Positions 35,004 to 49,521 of a DNA stretch of 64,000 nt are shown in pieces. The position numbers and the translations under genes are program-made. The stretch comes from Chrysomallon squamiferum. Taxonomy: Eukaryota > Animalia > Mollusca. Below the pieces are notes generated by a model. It was not told where the DNA came from. It saw nothing but the letters and a program-made list of their open reading frames with translations, and made no database searches. The stretch is taken from assembly GCA_012295275.1 (NCBI GenBank), contig CM022669.1:13144001-13208000 (forward strand), given 5' to 3'. Numbering within the stretch: the stretch's first letter is position 1; every line of letters begins with the position of its first letter.

Positions 35004-36727
35004 TTTGTATTTTTTTATTATCGAACATTTCGATTATATTTTGTTTTTTCTTACAGTGGTAGAATATATAATACAGTATTTTGATCGACCTGTTTTGGAT
35101 CTGTTATTAAAATAATTTATAATGGGTCAACAGAAATTATTGTCACCATGCAACTTAATTGAGAAACAGTTCTGACAGTTGAATACCACGTTACAGGATT
35201 AATGTGTGACCTTGAACTCTGATTTCAGCTATATGTAGCTGATCACAGAGAGGTTCTGGGGAGAGTGCGTGACATCCTTAGCGTTAAATACAACAGTACA
35301 TTGCAACAGAGGATTATCTCTTTGTGTTGTGTGTACGTGGACACAATACAATATGTTCGGTGCCTACACTGTATTCTTTTTCCATTCATTTCTTAGTGTG
35401 ACAAACGTATATAATACACTGACATACTTGCAAATACAGTGTGAGTCAGGGAAACAAAAAGGCAGCTACCAAGTTGCAGGAAACTACCTTATGAAAGAAC
35501 ATGACTAAAAACAACTTATAATGGATAACGTTTTCTTGCAAAGAGCAAAAATATGCCTGACAGTGCATTTGGATTTTCTTTTTATGCTGCATGATATTAA
35601 TGTCAAAAACCTTCTTATAGTCGGACATACAAATACTGATAACTGGAAATAGAATGTTTTCATTTAAATCGTTCAAAATACGTAGATGGGTTTGTTCTCA
35701 TTAATAAGTCAGCTGTTTATGAAATTATTGACATTTGTGAGATCGTTCGATGGATTCATGTAAATTTATTAAATGTATTTATTTTCTGAAATAAAGTTGC
35801 GTTTATCTAGATTATTTTTATTTTTTATTATTATTATTATTTTCTTTCTAATTTTATGCTATGGTACTTCCATCTGAAGAAAAATGGGATCATGTTTCAG
35901 TTCAAAGGCACAACTGTGGACAAACTTCTTTATGAACAGAAGGACATGGCTACCAGAATTTTATCCAGCTTCATCAAGCCACTTGCCATTAAAATATATT
36001 TGTATTGGCCTCCAAACAATAGACTGATTAAATAAAAAGGACAAGTGAGTGTCAGCTCTGTAAAGGAACTGAATATTACATTGGAAACCTCGTAGATTTC
36101 ACTTGGATTTAGATGTTTTTCATGCGTCAGTGTTATGAGGGAAATCACAAATTATCAAGTTCATTTCATGAATGATCCGTTTAAGAATACTGATACACAC
36201 GGCCTTACAATAACATAAAAAATCCAAAATTAGAATAGTTTATACCAAAGGTAGAGTGCCAGCTTTGACTAATCCACGGCAAATCTGTTGCACTGCGTTC
36301 TGCAAATCTCTGTCAAATATGGGTACAAATATTTTTTGTTACAGAGTATAATGGACGTCATTCCTGCACACAAACTGCACAATATCATAACTGTATATCA
36401 TAAATTATAATTGAATGATTTTTATTGTTGAGGAACTCCAAGCAAAATAAGACATAATAAAATGTATTCCTGATCACCACATTAATACCCATCTCGTTTA
36501 ATATCATTGTTTTCTGACGCTATTAATTAAAGATGTTAGGTGTGTTTGTGTGTGTTTGTGCGTGTGTGTCTGTGTATGTGTGTTGTAGAAAAATATGCAT
36601 TTGATTGACTGTTTCTAATTTTTTGTTATATTATTCGTTTATCGTTATAATTTTATATTTTATTTTATTATTATTTTATTTTATATTTTTAAATCTTCTT
36701 CCAGTATGACGATTAAATCTAGAAACA

Positions 36728-36759
36728 TGACGTCATTATTTTCTTTTGCATTTACGTCA
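36728..36759. promoter_or_regulatory. Paired CRE-like (bZIP) sites upstream of GPCR4
   Basis: TGACGTCA at 36728 and TTACGTCA at 36752, about 380 bp before the ATG. The same arrangement occurs upstream of GPCR6 and GPCR7. Confidence 0.6.
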
Positions 36760-37108
36760 TAATCAGTAAGACCATCGATTGTATTCTATACTCAATGTCT
36801 TCAAAGTCGAGGAATCGAAGCTTATTTGTTAGGCAGCTTCAGTTTATCAGCTTTTCTACATGGACGAAAGACTTTACTGTCAAACCTGATATCTGTAAGG
36901 ACTAAAAAATGGTAATGTGACGATACCATTTAGGCCAAGAATCCTTCGTTTCTTTCAGAAAACTAATACTGCCGTTGGAGCTTCGTCGACGAAAAAGTTA
37001 TCTGAACCTAAGAAAAATGGATATTTCTCCTAGGAAAAAGACGCATCGATTTCATATACCAGGAATTAACATTCCTTTCTTTTTCTGCATCTATTAAAAC
37101 AACTTGTC

Positions 37109-38502
37109 ATGTTCGCTTTGTACACTCCACATAATACGTCTACTAATCCAGAGGCTGTTATCTATACTGCGCTGCATCGTTACGGAGTTTCCATTGACTA
37201 TTTTATAGTCAACATCTTGACAGGGATCGTAGGTGTCGCCGTAGTCTTTCTCAACGGAATGGTTGTCTCTACTCTGAGTCGGGACAGGTCCAGCCAGTCC
37301 AGCCATTACATTATTGCAAACATGGCTGCCAGTGATACGTTCAGTGGTCTAGCAGTTATCCACACTATGTTTTACAACCTTATCAATTTTCAGAATACGA
37401 CTGAATGTCTTACTCGAATTGGAATGGTTCACTGCTTTTTTCATTCATCGTCATCGCATCTTGTTCTTCTAACAGCGCTGAGGTACGTGAAAATAATGTA
37501 TCCTTTCCATTACAGCAAGGTTATTAAAAAGAGGAAAGTTATTGTGGTGTCGATTATCTTATGGACTGTATCGTTTGTGTACGGCATTCTACCACTCATG
37601 GGCCTGTACAATATACCAAAGCCCGGAGAAGATCCTTGCAGATACATGAAAATCCTGACAGAGGGATATCTTACAGTGACGACAATAGCCGTGTTTTACC
37701 CTATGTGTTTGATGAATGCGATGTACGCTCATATTCTCCTTGTCGCAAAACGACACCACAGGTCTATTAAAAGTTTCAACGTTTCACAGACTAAAGTGCG
37801 TAGAAACTGGAGATTCACAAAAACCATCATGATTATCTGCGGTGCCTATTGCTGCTGCGGGTTGCCACTTGGTAAGTAAAGTGTATCCAAAATAACACTA
37901 GAATAGCTTCTGTATTATTGTAGAGTTTAAAAGTTTTAACAAGTAAATAAATAAATAAGTAAATGTAAAAGAAAGAAAATGTTTACACATTATTATTATT
38001 ATTATTATCAGAATCAGAATCAGAATCATCATCTTCACTGATTCGAACAAACGGTATTTTTTATATGCTCCAAATAAGTTGTTTTTATTTTTTTGTTTCT
38101 ATGGAGACCCATGTTAAATATTAACAGATTAAAAATAAAAGGCTGGTGAAATAGGCTGGAGGCAGATATTTTGTCTTGATGCAGTAAATAACATCAACAA
38201 CAAAATCATAGATAAATAAATAAATAAACAAACAGAACAAAACAAAACAAAACAAAACAAACAAACAAACAAATAAATAAATAATTAGTTAAATAACTAA
38301 CTGAATAAAATATTTATATACTTCTATGTGCGTTTTCACGAGTTCTTTATTTTAATTTTATACTTAATGAGTAGCAAAAATTGGTCAAATTATGTTTAAA
38401 ATGAAACCATGAGTCATTCTTACGTTATTTTTAGTTTACTTTCTTGCTTTATATTTAAACAACAACCACCTTAAAATACCAAAATATTTTTTTTTTTTTT
38501 TT

Positions 38503-38535
<33 letters not shown>

Positions 38536-39098
38536 CATGTGCGTGTGTGTGTGTGATGAAACCTTTATTCATTCGTATGTTTTTTTTTTAAGGTCTCGCT
38601 CTAGCGTTGTATTTAGAGGGACGTTTAGATCACCTGTCACAAGAAGAAGTAAGTACCGTGTTAGCTTACACAATGTTCCTGGCCATAATGAATTCATTTG
38701 TCAATCCTATCATCTACGCCCTCAAAATGGGGTCTGTCAACAGACGGTTCAGGCAGTTTTTCTGCAGGAAGTTCTGCCTAGAGAAGTGCCCCGCGTGTCT
38801 GCAAGGCACGGACTTGATAATAACCGACATCAGCAAATTAAACTCGCTGACGCTGATGAAGTCGTCCCCGGTGATGCCGTCCAAGTCGGAGTCTGTGGAA
38901 AAACACGCTAGTTTTGTGGAGAGGTCGATCGAAGTCGTCGAGGACGCCAATAAGTCGCCGGCCACGTTGAGGTTGACGCCGATTCTGCGATCATCGAGCA
39001 CGCATGTGACAGATGAAGTTAAACATCACTCGAGTGACGAGAAGTTCGAAGTGAGATGGTCTACTGACATTCCTGATAGCGATGCAACGATATTATGA
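37109..39098 (+). CDS. Class A GPCR, array copy 4 (atypical LRY, no W6.48), join(37109..37871,38593..39098), 422 aa
   Basis: NMAASD, LTALRY, CCGLP and NPIIY motifs. Donor G|GTAAGT at 37872 and acceptor (t)n-aag| at 38592 join in frame with the 38607 ORF. Confidence 0.92.
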
Positions 39099-39420
39099 CT
39101 AACATACGAATAAACAAATAAATAAATTTCATATATATATATATATATAGGCCTATATCAAAAAAGAAAACAAGAACGAAAGAAAAAAAAGATAATAATA
39201 TAAATAACAACAACAACAAATAAATAAATAAATAAATAAATAATATCTTTTAAATAAATGAATTTAATTTTTGAAGAGATTATGCGTTTTACGGCGAAAT
39301 GAAAAAATATATATATGTACAAAATAAACAACGTCATTCACATTCTCAAAGTCTTGTAGAGAATGATTTGATGGATAATCAGTTGCCATGCTGCACAGAC
39401 GAAAAAAAAAAAAAAAAAAA

Positions 39421-39465
<45 letters not shown>

Positions 39466-41045
39466 TAACCCGTGGAGTGTACCAGGAGGCAAACAAACTA
39501 CAAAATGAATATGCTGAATGGATGTTTATCTAGTCGAACTGCGATTGATTGCCCGTACTGTAAAATTTGCCGGGAAGCCATTACGTTTGTTTTTGTTTTT
39601 GTTTGTTTCTTATTTTATTTTATTTTAATTAATCGTTTATTGTCTTCTGGAAAGTTCATGGTTAACAAAATACTTTTCCGGCAAAGACTTTTAGAGATTA
39701 ATAATCTTTTTTCTTTCTTTTTTTAAATTTATACTAACACTTTAAAAATAACATAAAATGTAATAGATTTGAGTGATTTTATCTTCTTCTTCTTCTTTTT
39801 CTTTTCTTTTGAATTTCATTTTTAAAAGCAGACGTTACACAAAATAGCATTTTTGTTGTTCAGTTATTTGTTTGAACAATTATTAACATAATCTATTGAG
39901 TTTAAGCTCGATTTGAAAGATTTGTACGTTTGAAAATGTAGGTCACTGTAAGTCAGATGCAGCTTTGTTTAAATAATGATAATGATGATGATAATAAATT
40001 CAGCAATGGACAAACAATAATGGGTCTTAGTCTTTCAAAATAATGATGATGATGATGATGATCAAGATGATGTTGATGATGACAGTCCTCTGACACTCAC
40101 ATTTAGTGTCTTCTACAAAAAGTCCAACATTGTGAATCGTGTTATGGAAGACCATATGCCAATAACCTTCTAGCTTTTATCAGTGTATGTTTCATCATAA
40201 AAACAGACGCAAAGGCATTCTCACACACACACACGTGTATGTATATATGTATTTATATTTTGTGTCTGGTGCGTTAAACCAAGAAAACTCTGATTATTGT
40301 ATTATTTATTTATTGTGTTTGTTTGTTTCTTTCTTTCTTTCTTTCTTACTGTTGTTTTATTCGGGAGGGGGGAATAATAATAACTTTCTATAATTAATAT
40401 TAAAAATATTATCTTGTCCGTTACTGGCCAAAATTTGAAGTCAATATCTCTAGCAGTTTTTACGTAAGGCCAAAAAACAAAATTGTATATTGAATATCGC
40501 TGTTCCGGAACTCCCCGAACATGTTAGTGTAATCAGCTATTGCACGCACTAATGACGTAATATAGAGATGACTCACTAGTTGGAATAGTTACATCACAGT
40601 ACATATACATTTCTAGCATTTCCTCTTTTACAAAAGTTTGTTCTGGAATCATAATAAAATCACTTATTCTTTGGATGTGACTTAATCTCTGTTCAACTAT
40701 TAATTTCCCTGAAACTGCTGTTAAAACAGCAGTAACAAAAGAACCTTCACGCCCGAAGCCAATGATGTATATTAATTAATCTTCGTCAAACGGTGAACAA
40801 CCAACTACGTCACAGGAAGTGAAATGAAAATATATCTGCGTCATATGGAATATTAAGGATTTTCTATTTTTGTTCCAGTATACTGCACGACAAATGTGTC
40901 TTTTAAAGAGATGACAATTAAGGCATGTCGTAAAAGATTTGTTCGATGAAAATGGAAAACAGTGCTGTTAAAAATGCCAGTCGAATTTAATAAATAAACA
41001 TAGAGTTCTGTTTTTCTAAACAGTTCCTTTTGAATAATTAGCGGG

Positions 41046-41113
<68 letters not shown>

Positions 41114-41114
41114 C

Positions 41115-42367
41115 ATGTTTCACTTGGATATTAACCTAGTAGCATCTGATACTCCTGAAAGTGCTGTGTATTATGCAATGAACAACTATCCAATTTCAGA
41201 ACTTTTTCTTGCTATCAACATTGTCTCTAGTCTCATAGGCTTCACCGTCATTTTCCTCAACTTTCTGGTTTTCTCAACAATGATAAAGCAAGTGAACACA
41301 AAGATCACCAATTACATCATTGCAAATATGGCCATCAGCGACTTTCTCAACGGCATTTCAGTCATTCACACCGTCGTCTACAACCTCGTCAACTTTCAGG
41401 ACCTAAACGAATGTCTCACTCGAATTGGGGTTGTGCACTGCTTCTTTCATTCGTCAGTGGCCCATCTGCTGCTCCTGACGGTGACCAGATACATGAAGAT
41501 AATCTATCCTTTCCGTTACAAGAGAGTCATAAAAAAGAAGACCATATTCGCGACGTCGGCCGTCATATGGCTTGTGTCGTTTGTCTACGGCATGCTGCCG
41601 GTCTTGGGCATGCACAACAAGCTGACGGCTGGTGAAGACCCGTGCAGATACATAAAAACTCTCAGCAGAAACTATCTCGTTTTAACGGTGGCCGTCGTGC
41701 TCTATCCGATGTGCTGTATGAACTTAATGTACATTCAGATTATCTACGTGGCGAAAAGACATCACCGGTCCATCGCCAGCCTGCAGGTTTCGGATTTCAA
41801 ACAAAGAACAAACTGGAGATTCACCAAAACGATCATTGTTATCTGCAGCGCCTATATCGTCTGTTCATTGCCATTAGGTAAGTAAATCGGCGGTGAGTAA
41901 GGATCTTGTATTGATCGATAATGATTCGAGTCATTGGGATCTTTTGTTTATTTATTTACTTACTTACTTACTTACTTACTTACTGACCTGTCTGTTTTAA
42001 TATTTAATTAGTTACCTATCTCTTTTAAGTATTACTTACTTATTTTAGTATTGACTTATTTTAGTATTTACTTATTTTATTATTTACTTAAATACCTATT
42101 TTAGTATTTACTTAGTTACTTATTTTAGTCTTTAATTATTTTAGTCTTTACTTACTTATTTTAGTACTTACTGGTATAGTTACTTATTTTATCATTAAAT
42201 GTATTATAAATTCTTTAATTTTAATTTTAATTTTTAGTTTGATTATTATCATTATTATTGTTGGTGGTGATGGGGGTGTCGGTGTAATTATTATTGTTAT
42301 TGTTGTTATTTATTATTTATTATTACTGTTGTTGCTGTTGTTATTGTTATTTGTTATTTATTTATTA

Positions 42368-42422
<55 letters not shown>

Positions 42423-42507
42423 GCTCTTATTATTGCTTTGGTTTATTTATTCAATCATTTATTTATTCATGTTTTGGTTTTTTTCTTTACTTACTATTAT
42501 TAGTATT

Positions 42508-42551
<44 letters not shown>

Positions 42552-42944
42552 TTTTGTTTAGCTATCACCATTACGTTATATTTAAACGGAGTCTTTGATA
42601 ATATGACAGACAATGAGGTGAGTACCATACTCATGTACGCGATGTTTATTGCTACCATCAACTCTCTAGTCAACCCAATCATTTACGCCTTGAAAATGCC
42701 CGTTGTGAACAGACGGTTCAGAAAAATATTCTGCAAGCAGCTGTGCTTGGACTTTTGTCCCTCGGGCCTGCAAGGAGCGGAATTAACCGAAACCAGCATG
42801 GGGGAAAAAAGTGGCAGAGTAAAACCCACAAAGATTTTGACAGTGCCAGAGCTTCAAAACGACGATAGCTCTTCGCAGTTCAGATCATATGACACAAGTA
42901 TTTCAACAGCTCCGGACAGAACGACAGACGAAATACTCGATTAA
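41115..42944 (+). CDS. Class A GPCR, array copy 5 (TRY), join(41115..41877,42562..42944), 381 aa
   Basis: NMAISD, LTVTRY, VCSLP and NPIIY motifs. Donor G|GTAAGT at 41878 and acceptor gtttag| at 42561 give G|CT ATC ACC ATT, in frame with the 42603 ORF. Confidence 0.91.
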
Positions 42945-43757
42945 ATCTTTGGGTTTTTGTTTTTTGTTGTTTGTTGTTGTTTTCTTGTGGGGTTTTTTGT
43001 TTGTTTGTTTTCATAAATGTGTACACGTAAACAGAATGTGGATATCTTGCTGAGGTGACTGCAAAAAGGTAAAAAGAAAAAGAGAGAGAGAGACATACAC
43101 ATATACATAAATAAACGCACATACACATACTTACGTACATACTACATACATACACATATATATATATAGAAACATACATACATACATACATATATACGTA
43201 CGTACGTACACAGATAAACAGATAGATAGACAGCAGACAGACATACCTGAGTATGTAATAGATATATATGTATGTGTATAGACTGGGGGTTATTGAAGGG
43301 AGAGATGCGTACCTAAGACATCGAAATGAACAGTTTTCCGCTGTCGGGATATTATTTTTCAAAATAAAATAAAAAAAATAATAATAATAAAACATTCTGA
43401 ATATTACACAAAACTTTGAAAGAATCTAAAATAAAGAGTTTTCAGAAGAAAATGTTTGTTTTGTGTTATACCGACTAAAAAATAAGTCTTCTTGACAAAG
43501 ATGAACGTAATTTTTGTTTCTTTAAGGACGAGCAGTTTCATAACTTTAAACAAAAGTAGAAATTCAGTAACCCATTGTTGGCAGGTACTAGAGTTTATTC
43601 TGGAGCATAACTTTTAGTGGTTTACTATCTGAGAAGGGTAAATTTCGTTAGACCAGTTATGCATACTGCTATAGGTACACTTCTGTTTAATTACATAAAT
43701 GTGTGACTGCAAATCACAGCAACAGAATAAATAAATAAATAAATAAATAAATAAACA

Positions 43758-43802
<45 letters not shown>

Positions 43803-44335
43803 TAATACATTTTATCGGTGCATTAATATTTCTGATTACAGTAAGATTTTGTATTGAAAATCATCCTATTAATTTTTGGATTCATGTGTGTGTGTGTGTG
43901 TGTCCTAAAATTACAGTGCACAGTAGATAAGATGACTAAATAAATTTAAATATTTTTGGGCAGTGACCCAAAAATATAGATTCTTGCGACGAAACTATAT
44001 TTTACTCAGAAAAATTGCTTATTATTTACACATGTTAACTGGATGTTGCTGTCTTTTTTCATTCTACATCAGTAGACTAAATGTCTATGATCACATCTGT
44101 GTATGATTAATTATCTCTAACTTTAACTAAGTTAATTTCATGCAATAAACTTGAAATCCTGAAAATTTCACCAAATGGCCAAAATTTTCATATTACTCCG
44201 TTTTTTTCAAGGTTTTTACTGTAAATATAATATCATATTATTGTTGTTGTTGTTTTTTTTTCATTAGTTTTTTTTTTTTGGGGGGGGTCATGCTATTTCC
44301 AGCGAGGTAGAAATAGTTTTAATTTGGATACTTTT

Positions 44336-44366
<31 letters not shown>

Positions 44367-44557
44367 GTCACACATCTAATTAATTTATATATATTATACA
44401 TATACGCCCGCACGCACACAGATATGATAAAAAGCATACATCAGACTCGTCTTTTTTTTCATAAAGTGGTGGAATTATATTTTTTGCCACATGATCGTGA
44501 TAGTGGATTATAATTTCTATTAAACGTTTTGCACCATCGTTTCACAAGTGCTGACTA

Positions 44558-44590
44558 TGACGTCATTATTCTTCTTTACCAATTACGTCA
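44558..44590. promoter_or_regulatory. Paired CRE-like sites upstream of GPCR6
   Basis: TGACGTCA at 44558 and TTACGTCA at 44583, about 357 bp before the ATG. The flank ATGACGTCATTATT is identical to the GPCR4 site. Confidence 0.6.
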
Positions 44591-44914
44591 TAAATTCAGG
44601 GGATTCAGGTATTCTCGGTCGACTAAGTTAAATTTCACCTTTGTTGTTTTTCTTGTCGTTCTTAGAAAAAGGATTAACGTCATGATATCATCAGTATAAC
44701 TTGCACAAGATTATGAAAGCAGTTCGAAAAGTGACAGTTTCATTACACACGTGACTCAACGACAATCACTGCCGTTGGAGGTAAAACCACATTTAGACAG
44801 TTGTCTTAATATTCGAAAAAGGAAAAAAATGTACACACGAAGGAACTAAAAATACCCGAAGCATATAATGCTGCTTTTCTACCCTTTCAGTTAAACAGTC
44901 ATTTCATTTTGAAC

Positions 44915-45723
44915 ATGTTTTATTCATACAATTCCACAGGTATTGCTGCACCTGAGGATGTTGTTTATTATGCACTGAACAAGAATGGAATTACTGTGCA
45001 CTTCTTCATACTAAACCTCATGGCTGGAATGGTTGGCTTCACGGTTGTTTTTCTCAATGCTCTGGTTCTCAGTACAATGATTCGAGACACCCCGACCGAT
45101 GATGCCAGCTATTACATTATAGCCAATATGGCCATCGGCGATATGTTTTGCGGGTTTTCAGTCATCCACACAGTGCTTCAGAATCTTATCAATTTTCAGA
45201 ACACAACTGAATGTCTGATTCGGATTGGAGCTGTTCACTGCTTCTTTCATTTGTCGGCGTCGCACCTTCTCTTTCTGACTGTGACTAGATACGTGAAAAT
45301 AATATTTCCATTCCACTTCAATAAAATTATTCAAAAAAATAACATTATCGCGGTGTCTCTGTTTTTGTGGGCGTTATCCTTATTGTTCGGCAGCATACCG
45401 CTCTTGGGAGTATACAACAAAGCAAAAGCCGATGAAGTCATCTGTCGGTACGGGAGAATTTTGACAAAAGAATATCTTGAATTGACTGCGGCCTTTGTGT
45501 TCTACCCAGTTTTGACTATGAATCTGATGTACGCTCACATAATGATCGTGTCTAAAAAACACCAGAAGACTATTTGCCATTTATATGTTTTGCGCACTAA
45601 GAAAAGAAGCTGGAGATTCACGAAAACTGTGATCATCATTTGCGGTGCTTACTGCTGCTGTGCGTTACCGCTGGGTGTGTATACTGTGATTTATTACCAA
45701 TATTATTATTATTATTATTATTA

Positions 45724-45756
<33 letters not shown>

Positions 45757-45891
45757 TTGTACGTTTGTTTGTTGATGTTGTCTTTTTTTATTAATTTCTT
45801 CCCCACCACCTCTCTTAGGTAAATAATGTTTAATTAATATCTTTAAAAAAATGAAAAAAAAATAAAAAATAAAAAATCATTCACAAAAACA

Positions 45892-45952
<61 letters not shown>

Positions 45953-46622
45953 ACTATTAATTTCTTTCTTCTTCTTCTTCTTTTTCTTCTTCTTCTTCTT
46001 CGTCTTGATGTTGTTATTACTGCTGCTGCTATGATTATGGTTGTTGCTGTCGCTATTGCTGTTGCTGATGCTTCGCCTTACGTTACTGTCGTTATAATTG
46101 TATCGTTACTTTATTGGCATTGTTGTTGTTGTTGTTGTTAACGTTAACGTTTCATTCACTCGTTTGCTTGCAGGTATTTCTCTCGTGCTTCTTGTAAACG
46201 GAAAGTTGAGTCACTTGTCAGCAAAAGCCGTCAGCGGCGTCTTCATATTCGCGATGATGTTTGCCGTCCTCAACTCTCTGGTCAACCCCATCATCTACGC
46301 CATCAAAATGCCGTCGGTGAACTCGACGTTCAACCAGGTGTTCTGCCGGGAATGCTGCAAGCGCATGTGCCCGGTGTGCGTGGAAAGAATGCAGCTTCGT
46401 GAAATCGACTCGGCCGATTCGGTTCTAAGACAGAAAATTAGGCTCTCCAGTCAAAGACGATCTAGCGGCGGGGAGGTGTTGACCTTGCCCTTGAAAAAGC
46501 AACAGGGCATGTTTGTGCGATTATCCACCTTCCTGAAGACAGTCGAGGAAACGAATGACAATGTCGCAAACGTGGAAGTCAAAGAACCGCCGCACGAAGC
46601 AAACGAAGAAGAAATTGGCTAG
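44915..46622 (+). CDS. Class A GPCR, array copy 6 (TRY), join(44915..45674,46174..46622), 402 aa
   Basis: NMAIGD, LTVTRY, CCALP and NPIIY motifs. Donor G|GTGTGT at 45675 is at the homologous position but is a weaker consensus. Acceptor ttgcag| at 46173. Confidence 0.9.
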
Positions 46623-47041
46623 GTTTTTTTTTTTTTTTTTTCTGAATGGTACTGGTGATGATGGAGTGATTATAATTATGATGAAGACGATGATAATGAA
46701 AGTGATGTTATAATTATGATGATGACGACGATGATGGTAATTAGGAAAAAGAAAATAAAGAAAAGGAGAAAAAGTAAAAAATAACAACAGTGCGATTTCA
46801 GTGTTTTATTGTGTGTGAAATAATGTACGGCGAAAGCTGAGGGATGCTAAACAGTTGCACTGGAGTAGACACTGCGGAGTTTGGACTAGGAAAGTCATCT
46901 GATACTGATATCAAAGATGTTACATCGAAAACCTTATTGCAGTGACTTTTAATTAATACAATTATTTATTTATTTACATTATTATTTTACTGCTTATTTA
47001 TTTATTTATATTATTATTATTTTTTTTATTATTATTATTTT

Positions 47042-47072
<31 letters not shown>

Positions 47073-47877
47073 ATAAAATATTTTAAAAACACGAAGGTAT
47101 CTATTATCTTTTTTTATCTCAAAACAGCACATAGTTAAATTCTGCAAATGAAAACAATGATAAGTAACCACCACCAACACCCCAGCCCTTCAAAAACAAA
47201 AATTAATAATAATAATAATAATAATAAAAACAACAACAACAACAACAACATAAAAAAAGCAAGAACAATAGTTATTAAAGTTTATACGAACTTGCACCGT
47301 GTGAATGAATGATGAATATTGCGGTTTTATAATTATTACTAATAATGTATTTAAATACAGCGTCTTCATTTTATTTCTTTTAATGTAGTTATGTGCTTTT
47401 CTTTCCTTGTTTTTGTATAATATTATTCTTTAATAACGTTCCTAATTTTTATACTATTTTTTTCTTTCCTCCTTTTTGATTAAATTATTATTTTGTTGTG
47501 AAAAGTTACTTTTAAAAAAAATCGGCAAATGCTGGTTTCAAAAATGATTATAAAATGTTTCTACAATTAAGCTTCCATCCGTCCACATAATTACACTTAA
47601 TTAATTACCTAGAAATATCGCTTGATAAATTAAAATAATCTGGCTGGTTATAACCGAGATATCTGTGTGAAATTCAATATTGCTTAGAAATAACGACGGT
47701 CTGGTGAAAACAATTAACAAAAACAAAGATAAAAAAACTTACAATCAGAAAAGTAAAAATTGCAGCATAATGTTGCGCTATATTTTTCTGACTGACAAAA
47801 TTACGACATAAATTAAAGACGTACACAAAAGCAAAACACTATTTCTTTCTATTTTTTTTTAATTATTTTTATCGACA

Positions 47878-47911
<34 letters not shown>

Positions 47912-48983
47912 TTTGCTTTGCTTTGCTTTGTTTGTTGTTATTAGGGTTTTTTTGGTGGGGGGGTCGGTTTTGTGTTTATTTGTTGTTGTTTTTGTTGTTT
48001 GTTTTCTTGTTGTTGTTTAATTTGTGGGGTTGAGGGATGGCTGCTTCGTCCTCACTTTCTTTTCATACAAAATTCATATAAAAATTATGCCCCAATACAT
48101 TTTAGAGACCAAACAGTAAGCTGTTTTACTTTTCAAAGATCAAATTTGTAAATACGTGAGCAAATTGTTTATATTTCAAAGGAAACTTTGCTGTTATTAA
48201 TTTTTAAATAATAAAACATGTTTGTCCGATTATGCCAACACACGATGTCTGTACATTCTATATATTTCACAACAATAATATCTGTAACCTGATACCAAAC
48301 TTTGCTAATAATAAAGTTTTACAATGATAAAATAAAATACTAAAGGTTATACCTAGGTGAATATTTTGCTTTATTACAACGGATGAAATCTGATTATATC
48401 TAAAACACAATTTATATCTACACACTTTCCAACAATAGATTAAAAAGAACGTCTTTTGTGTACATATTGGGCATTGCAGTAACATGACTGCCAGTTTCAA
48501 TGTCAAATAAATAAATAAATAAAATAAAATAAAATAAATAAATAAATAAATAAAATAAAATTAATTAATTAATTAATTAAATTAAATAAATAAATAAATA
48601 AAAACTGTCTGAAATAAGTTTGAAGGTTTATCTCAAACTTTTTATATCTAGGGAAATTCAATTATACGTTCGTTTTTATGAAGAACTATTATATCAGCGG
48701 GGTATAAATTTCTCGCTGAAACAAAAAAAATGAAGCAAATTATAAACGAGCATTGTCACATCCAAAGGAAGGCACTTAAGGAAGACATTTGTATATAACA
48801 ATCATAGCAATGATGAAACAGTAAATAAATAAATAAGATTAAAATAGTTATTTCACTGTAGTATAGCTATTGCATGCTGTTATGAATAAAGCAACCACCT
48901 CATCGTTCTGTTGGGAGATGATCGAATATTGCTGTATCAACAAGTAAGGTAATACTAATAGTATTCACGTAACATATGCATTT

Positions 48984-49234
48984 TGACGTCATGTAAGGAA
49001 GAGCTGTTAATTACGTCACAATTGAGATGACTAAGTTCCTTCATCTCTGCAGAGACACAGTAGAAATATTCTTCACCCCAGAAAAAGCTTCCTATTTCTT
49101 ATTTGATGGTTAACAGAAAGTGCTAAATCAAAAGCTACATTTGATTGTGGACCGTAAAGTTCTACCCACTTCCCATTGTTGTATGTCACTATGTCACCGC
49201 ACTTTACTTCCGCGATCGATAAAAGCAAAACTAA

Positions 49235-49274
<40 letters not shown>

Positions 49275-49521
49275 ATGGACAAATATTTCTCTACAGGCGC
49301 ACATTAGGGACAGAGACACTATACGCCGAATCACGGTCAGTAATTTAAACTTTAAAGTTAAAACAATATATCGATCGATTGAAGAGTACATTTCATTGAC
49401 ACTGTCCAGACAGAAATAGAAAATTAATTAATTTAATTAATTAATTAATTAATTAATTAGTGTACTTTAATATGATATTTTTTCTATTACGTCACAATCT
49501 ATCTCTAGACATTCTACGTCA
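48984..49521. promoter_or_regulatory. Two paired CRE-like modules upstream of GPCR7
   Basis: TGACGTCA at 48984 with TTACGTCA at 49011, and TTACGTCA at 49487 with CTACGTCA at 49514. Both pairs have 27-bp spacing. Confidence 0.55.

Noticed and set aside
36172-36193. Match of about 22 bp to the sequence just after the GPCR2 stop (25105-25127), as a possible relic eighth gene
   Set aside because: No GPCR-like reading frame is discernible upstream. A single short match in AT-rich DNA is insufficient; tBLASTn of 33400-36700 would settle it.
37872-41885. Six-TM truncated receptors or pseudogenes ending PLGK-stop, as in the ORF track for genes 4 and 5
   Set aside because: The stop lies within or next to the GTAAGT donor. 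An in-frame TM7 exon with NPIIY follows for every copy, so the genes are intact.
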